DNA of 64,000 nucleotides, taken from IMG/VR virus record IMGVR_UViG_3300025133_000033. One strand, 5' to 3'. Source of the stretch: a virus. Of this stretch, positions 27,201 to 37,800 are shown one piece after another; the stretch's first letter is position 1, and each line of letters starts with the position of its first letter. The notes beneath the pieces are model-generated. The model was not told the origin of the DNA and did no database searches. It saw nothing but the letters and a program-made list of their open reading frames with translations. The translations under genes were made by a program, and so were the position numbers.

Positions 27201-30200
27201 CACAGTTAAAGCAGATCTTCCTGTAGGCTCATATATTATCAATCGTGGAGATTCTCTTGCTGCTATTGACTCTGGGGTTTTTGAAGAAGCTCCTCGACTA
27301 TTCGCAAATAGAGGTGGATCAGTAGGTAGATCAAGCAGTACAGGCCGTGCAAAATTTGCTGGAGGAGGAGGAGTAGGCTATGGTGGGGCAATCCAAGTTA
27401 TCACTGGAGCAACTTTAGCATTAAGCGTACTGCAAGGATTAGACTTTAGCTCATTCGAAGGCTTTGTTAATGGTATTGGTGGTGCAGCTATTGCTATTTC
27501 TTTGCTTGGTTCACAAATGGGAAGCGGTGCTTTCTCGATGGGGAAATTAAGTGCTGCTGCTCAAGCAGCGGCCATCAGTGTTGATACAATGGCTAAAAAG
27601 TCAAGCCTAATAACGGGGAAAGATGGCTCTGCTGGTTTAGGTGCATCTCCAGAAGCTCAAGCTTTTGCTGGAGCTAGAAGAGGAGGAGCAGCCCTAAAGA
27701 AAGAAGCAACAGAGCAGGCAGGTGTAGTGAGAGCGGCAAAGGCTAAGGCTAAGGCAGCAGCCAAGAGACAGGCCGCTGCTTCTAATAAAACTGCGGTGTT
27801 AGAATCGCAAAGAACGTTCTTTCCGATAGGTCACTCAAAAGCTGGACAAGCGAGAAGCAATAAGGCTCTAGAGGCTCAAATACAGCAGGCAAACGCACTC
27901 GAATTAAAACTGCTTAAAGAAAAGACTACTGCCGAAAACCAACTGATAATTGAACGACAAAAGGAGATAGAGATCTCCAAGCAGAGACAGGCCAACGACC
28001 GTGCGATAGCCAGAACAGGCCAAGCTTTTAAGGACACCCCAGATGGCCGGGAAGCGGCAAGAAGAGGAGCGGGAGCAAAGCGTCGTGCAGATAATCTTAC
28101 AAGATCAAGAGAAGACAGGGTAGCCTCTGTTAGAGAAAGGCTTGCTGCACGCAGAAAACGCCATAGAGCAGGAATTAGACCTAGACTAGCTGCTGGAGGG
28201 GGTTTGCCTCCTGTTGGTAGAAGTACTAGGCTATTTGGCAAGTCAAGTCTTGTAGGCTTAGCTACGAGACCCCCTTTGCCACCCAATGGCAAGGGACTAT
28301 TGCCTCCTGGGGGAATAAAAGTCATTGCTTCTACTTTAGGGAAGGTTCTAAAGCCAGGGATTATCGGTGCTATCGCAGCTCTTGCTATTGGTCCTATTGC
28401 TGATGCTGTTGGTAAGGGATTTGGTAGAACAGAAGTAGGTGGAGCGAAAGGTTTTCGTGGGCCGGGTGGTGCAAAAAGTGCTAAGGTGTTTGGCGGTATA
28501 AAAGGAGGGCTTCAAGGAGCCGCTCTTGGTGCGGGTCTTGGTATGGTTGTAGCTGGTCCCGTTGGTGCGGCTGTTGGTGCGGCTGTTGGAGGAGTGGCTG
28601 GTGCTACTATTGGTCTCCTTAAGGCTGCTCAAGAGCAAGTGAAATTCGAGTCTCTTGATGCCTTGGCTGTTGCTTCTGATAAATTTGGCGATAGTCTAGA
28701 GAGACTAGGCTCAGATTTTAAAAATGTCGAAAAGATTGACGATTTTGCTAAGGCTACCGAAAGCCTTTCTAAGCAAGTTCTAAGAACAACTGATACTTTG
28801 GCGGGGATGGAAAGCTTGACTCAGCAAGCAGCCAATGCTTTTAATTCAGTGCCGGGGCTACTTTTCCCTAGTATTAAGGGATTAGGGATTGGGCTTCAGG
28901 GCATAATAGACATAGGAACTGGCTTATCTGCTGAGACTGGAATTATTAATAAGATAAAGGCTGTAGGAGATGTTAGTCTCAGTCTCTTTTCTAAGGCAGC
29001 ACAAGACAGGAAAGATAGTAGAGGCAGGCAGGTTGCAGCTCAAAAAAGAGGAGCAGCAATTGGTCAATCTCTAAATTTGATTAATGATGAAGATCTTAAG
29101 AAAGCCCAGGAGCAGTTTAAGGCTTTTACTGAAAATATTGCAGCAGGATTTTCTTTAGAAGAACTAGAGTCTTTGCCAGACCTTTCCGATCTCAATATTT
29201 CTGAGCTTCAGTCAGCATTAGCAAGTGCTGATGATGTTACGGGTTCAACAGATGCTTTCACTGGGAGTATGCAAAGATTATTCAAGACACTTAACTCCTC
29301 TAATCGCATGGCGGCAGCTAAGAGACTATCTACTGATATAGCGAAGATCAAAAAAGGAAATAACGATGATGGTGAGCTTTTTGAAACTATTCTGCAAACT
29401 TCGGACGACGCCTTTAGAAAATCATTAGACAGGGGTGGGTCAGTTGGAGATGGGGTTGAAGCCTTTAAGCAAAACTTTATAGCACAAGCAAACGATATAT
29501 TGTCCAGAAAGAACACAAGCTTTGCAGGTTTTGGCATTGATACCTCAAGCATAGAAAGCATTACTAAATCTATTCGTAATCTTGATCCTGATCAAGCCAA
29601 GGCATTCAATGAGGCGTTAGGTTCTTCTTCTCAGCAAAATATCTTAGATATGGTTGCTACAACAGATAGATATATAGACGCCGTAAAAAACGGCAATGTT
29701 GAGCTAATAGCAGCTCAATTCCAAGCTGAGAAGATTGCGAAGCAGCTTGCTAAGATGGTTCAAGGATTTGATGCCTTCGGCCAAGCAATAGATCAGCTTT
29801 CTCGTCGAGTAGCAAGTGCTGTCTCTGATTTAGTGGTAGTGTCGGGAAATATAGAATCAGAAATTAAACGCATAGGTGGAGCCGACCAGACTATAACTCC
29901 TCAAAAGAGGGTCAATCCTCTTACTGATCTTGCTGGACGTAGTAACGTTGAGATAGGGGGTGCTATAAATCGCATACAGAATGTAGTGGCTGGAGGAGGA
30001 GGAGGAGCCGCTTTCGATGGATTGAAGCCACTCCTAACATTTGCCCGAGACCTACCATTTACTCTCAAGAGAACTGTTGATGATTTGGCAGCTCGAAATG
30101 CAGGAACCTCTGGCACGGCTGATATTAGTCTAACCGATATAACCAAGACTTTTGAAAGGTTTGCAGGAGCCGATTTTGCAGGATTACCAGAAGGCGTTAA

Positions 30201-33200
30201 AAAGGATATTGATGCTAGTCTTAGAAATGTCTTTGCTGGTCGTCAGAAGGGAAGCGATGACGCTGGACTTGGTATAGAACAGCTTCGGAAGACCTTGGCG
30301 AGCGGAGGAGGAAAAGAGCTACAGTCAGCTATCACTGACTTTGGAGAGAAGCTACGTGCTGGATCAGAGTCTATAACTAATAGCTTGAATCAGTTTAATG
30401 ATTCTGTTTTATCTTCTGCTAATTTCCAGTTAGAAATTTTTCGCAATCGTGCTCAGGCAGAAGAAACTATCGTAAAGAATCGTCAAGCTTTTGAAGAACG
30501 CTTCAATAAGTTTATTAATCGTTCTGTCGATGTGCGTGCTAATGCTGAAAGCAAACTAAGAAAAACTCTTGAAGCACAAGTAAATGCCGGAGGTGCTGCT
30601 GGAGGACTAGCGGGAGCGGGGGCAGGCTTTAATGTCCTTGATTCTCGATCATTGCTGGGCCGTCGTTCTAGTCTTGAAGCAAGCCGTACAAACACACAGA
30701 ATGAGCTAAAAGCACTGCAAGATTCTCCAGATGCATTAAGCACAAAGGGTCTTGATAGGCAGACAGAATTAGTCAAGAGACTTGGTGAAAACGCTAAGGC
30801 TCTTGAGGGCACTAATAAGGCTCTAGATACATTAAGTACTGATGTAGTCCGACTAGGAGCAATAGAAAGCGAATTAGCTAAAATCCAAGAGAGTCGTCTG
30901 AATCAACGTCAGCGTGCTCAGCTATTTGCTTCAAAGGTTGGTAGTGCTAAAAATCCAGAAGATAGAAGAAAGGCTTTCTTTGATTTTTTAAAGCCGACTC
31001 TTGCAGCCGAAAAAGCATCAAGAAACCAACCATTAAAATTTGAGGAAGCGTCAGCTATCCTAGCTGATCCTGGTCAAGTTAAAGATGCTTTCCAACTAAA
31101 TGAGGCAGAGCTTGAGCAGGTATTAGCGAATGCTACCAAGGCTATTGGGGGAGGGTTTGCAAAGTTATTTGATGGACTCGGAGGCACTCGCCCCAAAGGA
31201 GATCTGCTAGGAGGTCGCTTGTTTGGTGTTGGCGGGACCGCAAAGGGCACCACTAACGACGAAAAAGGTCTTCTTACTGAGGGGGAGAGACTTCGTGTAG
31301 CACAAGAGGAGGTTATTACAAGAGTAGTTAATGCTAACTCTAAACAAATCATAAGTCAGCAGGAGAAGTTCCGCACAGAGCTGGAGCTAACAGCTATTAA
31401 AATACTACAAGCTTCTCTTGCCTTTGAGGAGCTAAGGGACGCTGCTACTATTGAGTTTAAATCACGAGTTGATGCTATAACCGCTGATGATACTGCACCA
31501 GCTAAACCAACCCGCCCAACAACTCACAGAACAGACCCAAGCAAAATCACCCCTGCCGCAATAGCTGCCAATGCTAGAGATATATCTGCTGCTCGACAAG
31601 CCGCTGGCATTAAGCCTGTGAAGCCGATCCTCGATGGTCAAGGTAATATTACTAATACAGACGATGTGTTCGGACCATACCGAACTTCGCATTCTGGAGT
31701 AGGAAGTACTGCCGCTCCTGCTCCTCCCCTCTCAACAAATCTCGGAGCTGCCTTGCAACAAACCTTGGATAACTCTCGACAAACCGCTGGCACTTCGCCC
31801 TCGGGCTCTGGCCCCTTGGCGGCTCTGAATCGTCCATATAGAGGGACTCCTAATGAGCAGGAGGCACTATTACAGGGTCTGGACGGTTTGCGAGATCTGG
31901 TTTTGCAAGACGTGGGAGGCGGTAGAGGGACTCCTAATGAGAGAGGAGGCTCTGGAGCTGGTTCTGGGCCTGCTGCCAAGGCTGCTGCTGAACTAAAAGT
32001 AGCTAAAGCCGCCAAAGCTAAAGCCGCTGCCAAGGCTGCTGCTGAACTAAAAGAGGCTAGAGCTGCCAAAGCTAAAGCCGATAAAAAGGTCGCCGGAATT
32101 GGTAAAGGTCGAAAAGATACAGGTGCAAAGAGAAGGGCAGTTAAAGTTGCTGAAGCCGCTGCCAAGGCCGTTAAAGCTGCTGAGGCCGCTTATATCAAAG
32201 GGATTCAAGAGTATGAAAAGCTTGCAGAAGAGGCAGAATCGAAAGCGAAAGAAGCCGCTCTAGAGGCCGCAAAAAAAATCAAGCCTGCTGGTCCTGATCC
32301 AGCACAAGTTGATAGAGATAGAAGGGCAGCCGATCTAGAAAAACGTAGGGCGGCAGTTCTTAATAAACCTTCGGCTAAGCCTTCGACAGCAACCCCTTCT
32401 AGTCCCGCTGCACTTGGAGGATTATCTCCTACTCCACAAAACCGTATTTTAAAGAAGCCGAAGTCGGACGCTGAAGTCGAGCGTGCCAGGGCTGACAAAT
32501 TCAATAAAGAGAGAAGATTAGCTCTTACTCCGTTTGAGCGTTTAAAGGAAGCCAGAAGAGATAGGCATGAAAAAGTTATGCAAGGAAGAAGAGATGCTCG
32601 TGCCGAGCAACAGGCAGCAGCAAGAGAGAGATTTGGCGGTCTAAGCTCTGTTAGAGGGCAGGCTGCTCAAGCTAAAGACTTCTCAGTATTTCGCAAGCAG
32701 CAGCTTGAGCCTTCAAGACTAGGAGGAATCCAGCCAACCTTTGAGAATAATACGGTGGCAAGAAGAATAGTTGGTAGAGGGCTAGGAGCCAAAGGAGGCT
32801 TGGATGCCACCTCTAAGAGTGTCTTAGATACTGTTAGCGGTCAGCACGCATCTAGCCAAAAAGCTTTTATCCGAAGCTTTAGAGGAGAAGAGAGAAATCG
32901 TGTATTCCAACAGTTGAATACAGATAAAAATACAAACCTTAGAGAAGACTCAGAGTTTAATGCTCTAAGAGAGAGGCTTGGTCGTAAGCAAGAGACAAAG
33001 ACTGGAAACTCAGGATTTGGCACTCGTTTGCCTGACGGAGGAACAACCTCTCAGGTAGATTCTATTAAGCCTACTGTAGAGACCTTTGCGGCAGCACAAA
33101 ATACTTTTGGTCAACACGTAGGAGCATTAGCAAAAGCTGCCGAGAAACTAGAAAATATGAATGGACTAACAGTTCAGTTTGAAACAAAGGTACAGCCGAT

Positions 33201-33324
33201 TGAGGTACTTCTTAATGGTGCTCAGTTAATAGCCGAAGCCACTCCAACAATTCTGAAGAATGTCATGAGTCAATTGTCTGAGAAGATAAAGGAAATGGCT
33301 GGTGGTAATGACCCTACTCTTTAA
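24283..33324 (+). CDS. tape measure protein (3013 aa)
   Basis: Ala/Gly-rich helical protein; N-terminal TMP core (FAVESEDL, IGTGLRTIFARI); FAxGG and GTRDTV...PVGSYIIN motifs; position. Confidence 0.85.
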   Translation: MAFNINAKVVLSGPKNIGTVRKAISKGLRGINVPVKISITKGAAGQLKAFNAALTSVEANLKRLTASATTAKNSMAGMAGSTTRLGNATAGATKGIAKAGAAAKKTGSQIEAFGKDAALAIRRFAAFTIATGAIFGFVRAVQQGISQAISFQRELIKITQVTGKAGKDLQGLTNTIDNLSTTLGVNANELLDVARTFAQTGQSLDQVRASLRAVARASLAPTFGSLQQTTEGVIAALNQFNISADKTEQVLGSLNAVSKKFAVESEDLISVIRRAGGVFAASTPEFQKPQEALNELISIFTAVRSTTRESADSIGTGLRTIFARIQRPQTIEFLKQFNVELVNAEGQFIGFFNSFKELSNKLSALQKRGDTVTFGAIVEELGGIRQLKNLIPAIVEFEKAEKARKVALAGTASITKDVVLAQQTLSVQLDALRQRFGKLIRDIAGSDTFQNLAKFALTAANAFITLADALRPAIPLLTTFAALKLSGAAFGFASGFIGGIGKGGKGGGKSVIGGGAGGASGAASKAKAEATKAAVTANTAEIQKNTVQLIALNKGMGTLGSISSKTVTVLQTLSARIPILIAAMKGVAVTTATPLGRGRKPTVAKLGSGGSARPKFGMGGSSRQKFAAGGLASKTQTKIGAAILDGPQGIATPPLNVITPAEVQKASQALGKGSRNTSAIKGGKPLTLQRSALNENTAKTFDSSLEKGITEAVKGTSSLLAKDFGLPVPTVPGKAPQDFFDSINRGVKGSLFESVLEAFQTGGKFNNKPDINRPFDFETGLVPKLADNFDGLKGISFIDAKLSQRSAGPDNLRKKAVNQLVRDLPPAIPLKGAALSKLGGFGGAKGKALLRKRLNDSTPLQGKVGGTDSASRILTSADAAGMKVTSTTSGKQVGAFLKKQGIRLDLNRGGTQPVVPTIPSLVTPGEFAVNSKGVAQAGGKKALDKTNAGGDASNLANVDPANISQVPGIGTRDTVKADLPVGSYIINRGDSLAAIDSGVFEEAPRLFANRGGSVGRSSSTGRAKFAGGGGVGYGGAIQVITGATLALSVLQGLDFSSFEGFVNGIGGAAIAISLLGSQMGSGAFSMGKLSAAAQAAAISVDTMAKKSSLITGKDGSAGLGASPEAQAFAGARRGGAALKKEATEQAGVVRAAKAKAKAAAKRQAAASNKTAVLESQRTFFPIGHSKAGQARSNKALEAQIQQANALELKLLKEKTTAENQLIIERQKEIEISKQRQANDRAIARTGQAFKDTPDGREAARRGAGAKRRADNLTRSREDRVASVRERLAARRKRHRAGIRPRLAAGGGLPPVGRSTRLFGKSSLVGLATRPPLPPNGKGLLPPGGIKVIASTLGKVLKPGIIGAIAALAIGPIADAVGKGFGRTEVGGAKGFRGPGGAKSAKVFGGIKGGLQGAALGAGLGMVVAGPVGAAVGAAVGGVAGATIGLLKAAQEQVKFESLDALAVASDKFGDSLERLGSDFKNVEKIDDFAKATESLSKQVLRTTDTLAGMESLTQQAANAFNSVPGLLFPSIKGLGIGLQGIIDIGTGLSAETGIINKIKAVGDVSLSLFSKAAQDRKDSRGRQVAAQKRGAAIGQSLNLINDEDLKKAQEQFKAFTENIAAGFSLEELESLPDLSDLNISELQSALASADDVTGSTDAFTGSMQRLFKTLNSSNRMAAAKRLSTDIAKIKKGNNDDGELFETILQTSDDAFRKSLDRGGSVGDGVEAFKQNFIAQANDILSRKNTSFAGFGIDTSSIESITKSIRNLDPDQAKAFNEALGSSSQQNILDMVATTDRYIDAVKNGNVELIAAQFQAEKIAKQLAKMVQGFDAFGQAIDQLSRRVASAVSDLVVVSGNIESEIKRIGGADQTITPQKRVNPLTDLAGRSNVEIGGAINRIQNVVAGGGGGAAFDGLKPLLTFARDLPFTLKRTVDDLAARNAGTSGTADISLTDITKTFERFAGADFAGLPEGVKKDIDASLRNVFAGRQKGSDDAGLGIEQLRKTLASGGGKELQSAITDFGEKLRAGSESITNSLNQFNDSVLSSANFQLEIFRNRAQAEETIVKNRQAFEERFNKFINRSVDVRANAESKLRKTLEAQVNAGGAAGGLAGAGAGFNVLDSRSLLGRRSSLEASRTNTQNELKALQDSPDALSTKGLDRQTELVKRLGENAKALEGTNKALDTLSTDVVRLGAIESELAKIQESRLNQRQRAQLFASKVGSAKNPEDRRKAFFDFLKPTLAAEKASRNQPLKFEEASAILADPGQVKDAFQLNEAELEQVLANATKAIGGGFAKLFDGLGGTRPKGDLLGGRLFGVGGTAKGTTNDEKGLLTEGERLRVAQEEVITRVVNANSKQIISQQEKFRTELELTAIKILQASLAFEELRDAATIEFKSRVDAITADDTAPAKPTRPTTHRTDPSKITPAAIAANARDISAARQAAGIKPVKPILDGQGNITNTDDVFGPYRTSHSGVGSTAAPAPPLSTNLGAALQQTLDNSRQTAGTSPSGSGPLAALNRPYRGTPNEQEALLQGLDGLRDLVLQDVGGGRGTPNERGGSGAGSGPAAKAAAELKVAKAAKAKAAAKAAAELKEARAAKAKADKKVAGIGKGRKDTGAKRRAVKVAEAAAKAVKAAEAAYIKGIQEYEKLAEEAESKAKEAALEAAKKIKPAGPDPAQVDRDRRAADLEKRRAAVLNKPSAKPSTATPSSPAALGGLSPTPQNRILKKPKSDAEVERARADKFNKERRLALTPFERLKEARRDRHEKVMQGRRDARAEQQAAARERFGGLSSVRGQAAQAKDFSVFRKQQLEPSRLGGIQPTFENNTVARRIVGRGLGAKGGLDATSKSVLDTVSGQHASSQKAFIRSFRGEERNRVFQQLNTDKNTNLREDSEFNALRERLGRKQETKTGNSGFGTRLPDGGTTSQVDSIKPTVETFAAAQNTFGQHVGALAKAAEKLENMNGLTVQFETKVQPIEVLLNGAQLIAEATPTILKNVMSQLSEKIKEMAGGNDPTL
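31972..32080 (+). repeat. 54-bp in-frame tandem duplication within TMP
   Basis: AAKAAAELKVAKAAKAKA / AAKAAAELKEARAAKAKA. Confidence 0.85.
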
Positions 33325-33339
33325 CAAGGATTAAAAAAA

Positions 33340-34869
33340 ATGTCAAGCGGATTATCATTTGCTTATGGAGACTACAACTTCAGGCCAAGACCTTTCTTTT
33401 CGATTCAGTCTCGACCACTAAAAACTCCAGATGGCTCTGGCTATGGAATTACTCATTCTGTGTCTCTAGAAGGAGATCTGCTCTTAACGGGAACTACTCA
33501 GTTAAGTAGCGGTATACTTGGGGTGTCTGAAAAGATTGAACTCTTAAAGGATGCTCTAGATACAGATGGGCGTCTTTTAGCCATTTCTTGTAATGACAGT
33601 CCAATTATTAGTGGTTATCCGATAGTAGAAGGATATGCCTTTGATCGTGAAAGCGATAATATGACTCGTCGTGCGTCATATAAAATTGATTTTGTTATGC
33701 CTACCATTAAATTAGGTAGCGGAAACGATACATTTAATAATGGAACTTCTTTTCCTCCTTTTATTGAGAGTGCTACTGAGACATGGGACGTTGATTTCGC
33801 TGATGAAAGAATGCCTTTTGATTGGCAGCTACTTGATGGTACTGATGAAAAGTTTGGCCATAAAATGGCTGTTACTCATACAGTTAATGTGGTTGCAAGA
33901 AAAACTTATACTGGAACTGAGGTTGGCAACATTCCGTGGCAAGATGCCCGTGATTATGCTATTGATAGGCTTGGCTTTGATGCTGAGTTTGTTACCCTTA
34001 CAGGGGTTCTAGGTTTGCCTGGAACAGCCTACTTCTCTCAACAGGATGTGTTTAATCATTTCCGCCAAGTCTCTACTGATAAAACTGCCGGGTCTATTCA
34101 AGTTGTTGAAACTTTTATTGTTACTCCTAGCGGTTCAGACAGTTTGCCTAATAACGCTATTGAAAATTTTGACATTAATATTGGCCAAGAAGACGGAATT
34201 GCTACTGTTGGTATCAATGGGAATATTGAAGGCTTAGCATCAATAACGTATACTGGAGATGGAGGTAGTCAAAATGGTTTTAATGTTGGTTCTAGCAAAT
34301 ATTCTGCTGCTTCGGGGTACTATAATATAATAAAGGATAGGTTATTTCAAAGGGCAAAGACAGCATACGCCGCTGTTAGTGGATCGTGTTTTAACCGATC
34401 ACTTAACGCAACAGTTCGTAGTCGTTCGGTAGGCATCAATCCTATTGAAGGAACAATCTCTTATGATTATACGTTTGATACAATTCCAAGCGGCTGCATC
34501 ACTGGCGAATGCATACTTTCCCAAAACATCTCTATTGACGACACGTTGGCATCAGATGTATTTGCTACTCAGACAGTATTAGGACGAGCCCAAGGGCCAA
34601 TTCTACAAGACATTGGGACAATAACAGCAAGCACAAGGACAGTAAGTATCGAGCTAGTAACCCTGCCTCCTACAGACTGTTCTACAGTTGATGCAATTTA
34701 TGCTCCTGTTCCAACTGGTGCTGTTGATGATTTTATCGCAGTGATCTCTGGAGATCTTGCTAGTGCAAATAGTCAGGTATTTGTATCAGCTCAGAGCCAG
34801 AACTGGAACTTTACTATTGGTCGATATACAAAAACTATCGCCTTTACTTACAATAACTGTAGCTCTTAG
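33340..34869 (+). CDS. tail tip / distal tail-like protein
   Basis: Directly after TMP; beta-rich. Confidence 0.55.
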   Translation: MSSGLSFAYGDYNFRPRPFFSIQSRPLKTPDGSGYGITHSVSLEGDLLLTGTTQLSSGILGVSEKIELLKDALDTDGRLLAISCNDSPIISGYPIVEGYAFDRESDNMTRRASYKIDFVMPTIKLGSGNDTFNNGTSFPPFIESATETWDVDFADERMPFDWQLLDGTDEKFGHKMAVTHTVNVVARKTYTGTEVGNIPWQDARDYAIDRLGFDAEFVTLTGVLGLPGTAYFSQQDVFNHFRQVSTDKTAGSIQVVETFIVTPSGSDSLPNNAIENFDINIGQEDGIATVGINGNIEGLASITYTGDGGSQNGFNVGSSKYSAASGYYNIIKDRLFQRAKTAYAAVSGSCFNRSLNATVRSRSVGINPIEGTISYDYTFDTIPSGCITGECILSQNISIDDTLASDVFATQTVLGRAQGPILQDIGTITASTRTVSIELVTLPPTDCSTVDAIYAPVPTGAVDDFIAVISGDLASANSQVFVSAQSQNWNFTIGRYTKTIAFTYNNCSS

Positions 34870-34877
34870 GATTTAAA

Positions 34878-37800
34878 ATGGCTGTATTAGGTCAAAATTT
34901 ATGTACTCCCGCTAGAATCTATGGGCCTATCCCACAGGTTCTTTTTTGCGGTTGTAGTGTATTAAGCTTTAATGCTCAAGCAGGATGGAATGAGCAGTCT
35001 TCTAGTATGAGCATTGAGCTTATACAAGACACTTGTGCAGGCCCAAGGGTCTGGTGGGATCAGTCTCTAGCTAGACAATCCTCTTCTAGTTTAGCTGATC
35101 CAGGCTTTACTTTTCCAGAGCCAGGAGTAGCGGCTTATTTTCGTGTTGAAGAAGATCCCGATGGAGCTACCGAAGCTGATCGCGGAGGCTTTGAGTATGC
35201 GGGTATAGTTGAAGGATGGACTCAAAAAAACGATGCCAATGGAAATCCTGTCTATACTGTTAAGCTTGTTGATCCTCGCGTAATTATCGAAAATACTCAG
35301 GTAATTGTTAATAATTTTCCTGGCCAAACTTCTGGCGTATGGAACCTAATCAATGCCTATGGGTTTATTGAAAGTCTGGGCGATACCTGCACATCTTCTC
35401 CTGCTCAAGCTATAGGAGGAGTCTCATGGCTTAATACTATTGGCAACCAAGCCAACTCTAGAGGAATGGTCTGGAACGATGTTCGTTGTGCTATCTCGAC
35501 ATTAACAGCAGCAAACAATAGACCTATGGCATCGTTTTTCTATGACGACTGGTGCCGTGACGCTCGCATTCTCTACGTAGGCCCTGATCCAGCAGATGAT
35601 GGATATGGTATTATTGAAAGAGACGCGGTAATTACCGATCCTGTCTTTCAGACTATCCCTAACGCAAACTTAAATGCCTCTTTTTATCTCATAGATATTA
35701 GAGAGATCCCTTTTACTCCTTTGTACTATAGAATCTCTGGGCCTAATATCAGCCTAATGGAGATGATAAGTCAGGTATGTCAGGACGCGGGGTGCGATTA
35801 TTATGTTGAGCTATTACCGTTCCGCAATGCCGGTAATGTATTCAAGATGATAAAAGTCCGTGTTGCTGTGCGTTCTACCCAACCTACCTTGGGGGTTATA
35901 GATGATTTTATAGCCGCTAAGCAAGCCGCTGTTGCCAAAGCCAATGGGGGTATTCTTGCTTATACTAAAGGTGAAGAGATACGGAATGAAAGCACTTCTA
36001 CCTACCTTATAGGTGGAGAGTTGCGTCAGCACTTTGAGGCTTCCGCTTCTAATATGCTACCATTCTGGGGGCTAGATATAAATGGAGACTTGATCCATGC
36101 TACTGTAGCAAACGATGAGTATAGTGTCCGCATGGATTTGTCTCGTTTAAATGTCTCTTTAAATACTCCTTTTGCTGCTCAATTCCAATGGATAACAGAG
36201 AGAGAATTGCGTGCGGCTTTAAGTGATATTGATGCATGGAAAGAAGTAACCCATTTTATAGATGGAGATTTCGCTGTATGGTTAAGGACAATCAAACAAC
36301 ATAAAAGGTTCCGTCAGCAATTATTAATGGATGCGTTAAACGAGAAGCTGCCAGCAGCAGCTATTAGTATTGGCGGGCCTGACGCTAACAGCTTAGACAA
36401 GGCATTTAATGAGGCAGAAGCCAAAGACTTAGAGATGGCATATGAGTTTGTTCGAACATATGCTGATGAGTTCTATGGTAAGCAGTGGTTGGTAAATGCC
36501 ACCTCTTTTGTTTGCTTTACAACAGATCCAGAATCATCAAAGCTAAGGTATTCTCATGAGCCTTCTACTGAGGGGTGCTGGGTTAATGATGATGTAACTA
36601 CAGTGATTGGCTTAACTCATGACAGCACATCTACAGATTTTTTCCGCGATGAGACCGGAAAGTATCAGCCTATTGTTAAGTTCCCTCTTGTCTCAGCACA
36701 GAGAATTGGAGGAGGTGCTTTCTCTTATACGGCAGACCCTTCTAAGCTAGGAGATGATAATTACATAACAGATGGAGTAGGTGAACTATGGGTTAAGGCA
36801 GAGGTAGATGAGCGTTGGGTAATGGGCACTCCTCTTGTTCCAGCAGCCTCTACTATTTCCTTTTTATTAAAAACCAATGCTCCTGTTACCAATAATACTA
36901 GCGATACCAATAATTTTATTGAAGCCTTCGGGGGCCTTGATATTCTATTAGATGATGAGGCTCTTATTAATGCTAATCCATTGATTCAAGATCGAGGACA
37001 GTTTGCTTTAGGTGCTCTCCACTTTGCATTAGCTCCAAGTGCTGCCCTTGCTCCAACATTGAATCATGTTCAGGTGTATGGTGCCTGGGGGGTAGCTGGA
37101 TTGCCAGGGCAGGTTGATCTAGAAACAGACGATGGTTTTGTTCCGTGGGAGTATGGTAGCGATACTATCATGAATCAAGCCGCCTATAACAAGGTGAGCG
37201 ATTCAGTCACTCAAATGCGTAAAGGCGAAAGAGGATCGATTACTGTTGCGGGCCTTCCTAATATTCCTCTTGGTGCTGAGCTGTTTTCAGTAGATTCAGC
37301 AAGCCCTCCTCACTCACAGGGCACCCAGAAATACCTTGGGACCAGAGTTCAGAGCTTATATCAATGTAGTCCAATCATACCTCATATATCTATAGATATG
37401 AATGAATGGACCGGAGAATTTGGTCCGAATGTCACTAATATAACAGTGAATGCTGGAGCGGGTGGCTTTACTACCGAATACCAATTCAGTACATATACTC
37501 CTACTTTTGGTAGATTTAATAAAGATAATGCGGAGAGATTAAAGCAGGTTGGTCAAACTCGTCTAAGCAACATGAGGAATATACGTGCTCAGAATGCATT
37601 GCGTAGGCAAGTAGGAGCCTCTATTGCCCGTGGAAGACAAATCTTATTGAATCAGCTTGGACGCACCGATAGAGTTCCTAAGAGTGCTCATCATACTTTT
37701 GTTGGTAGATATCTTGATGTGGGGCCGGGCTATAGAAACGAGCTAGCTAGTCACGCTGTTCGTGAGCTAACTCTAGGAATCTCAACAGATGCCGTATATG

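Noticed and set aside
24535-33023. Many - strand ORFs of 60-175 aa inside the tape measure gene
   Set aside because: Antisense shadows expected from Ala/Gly-rich codon usage; no RBS or recognisable motifs
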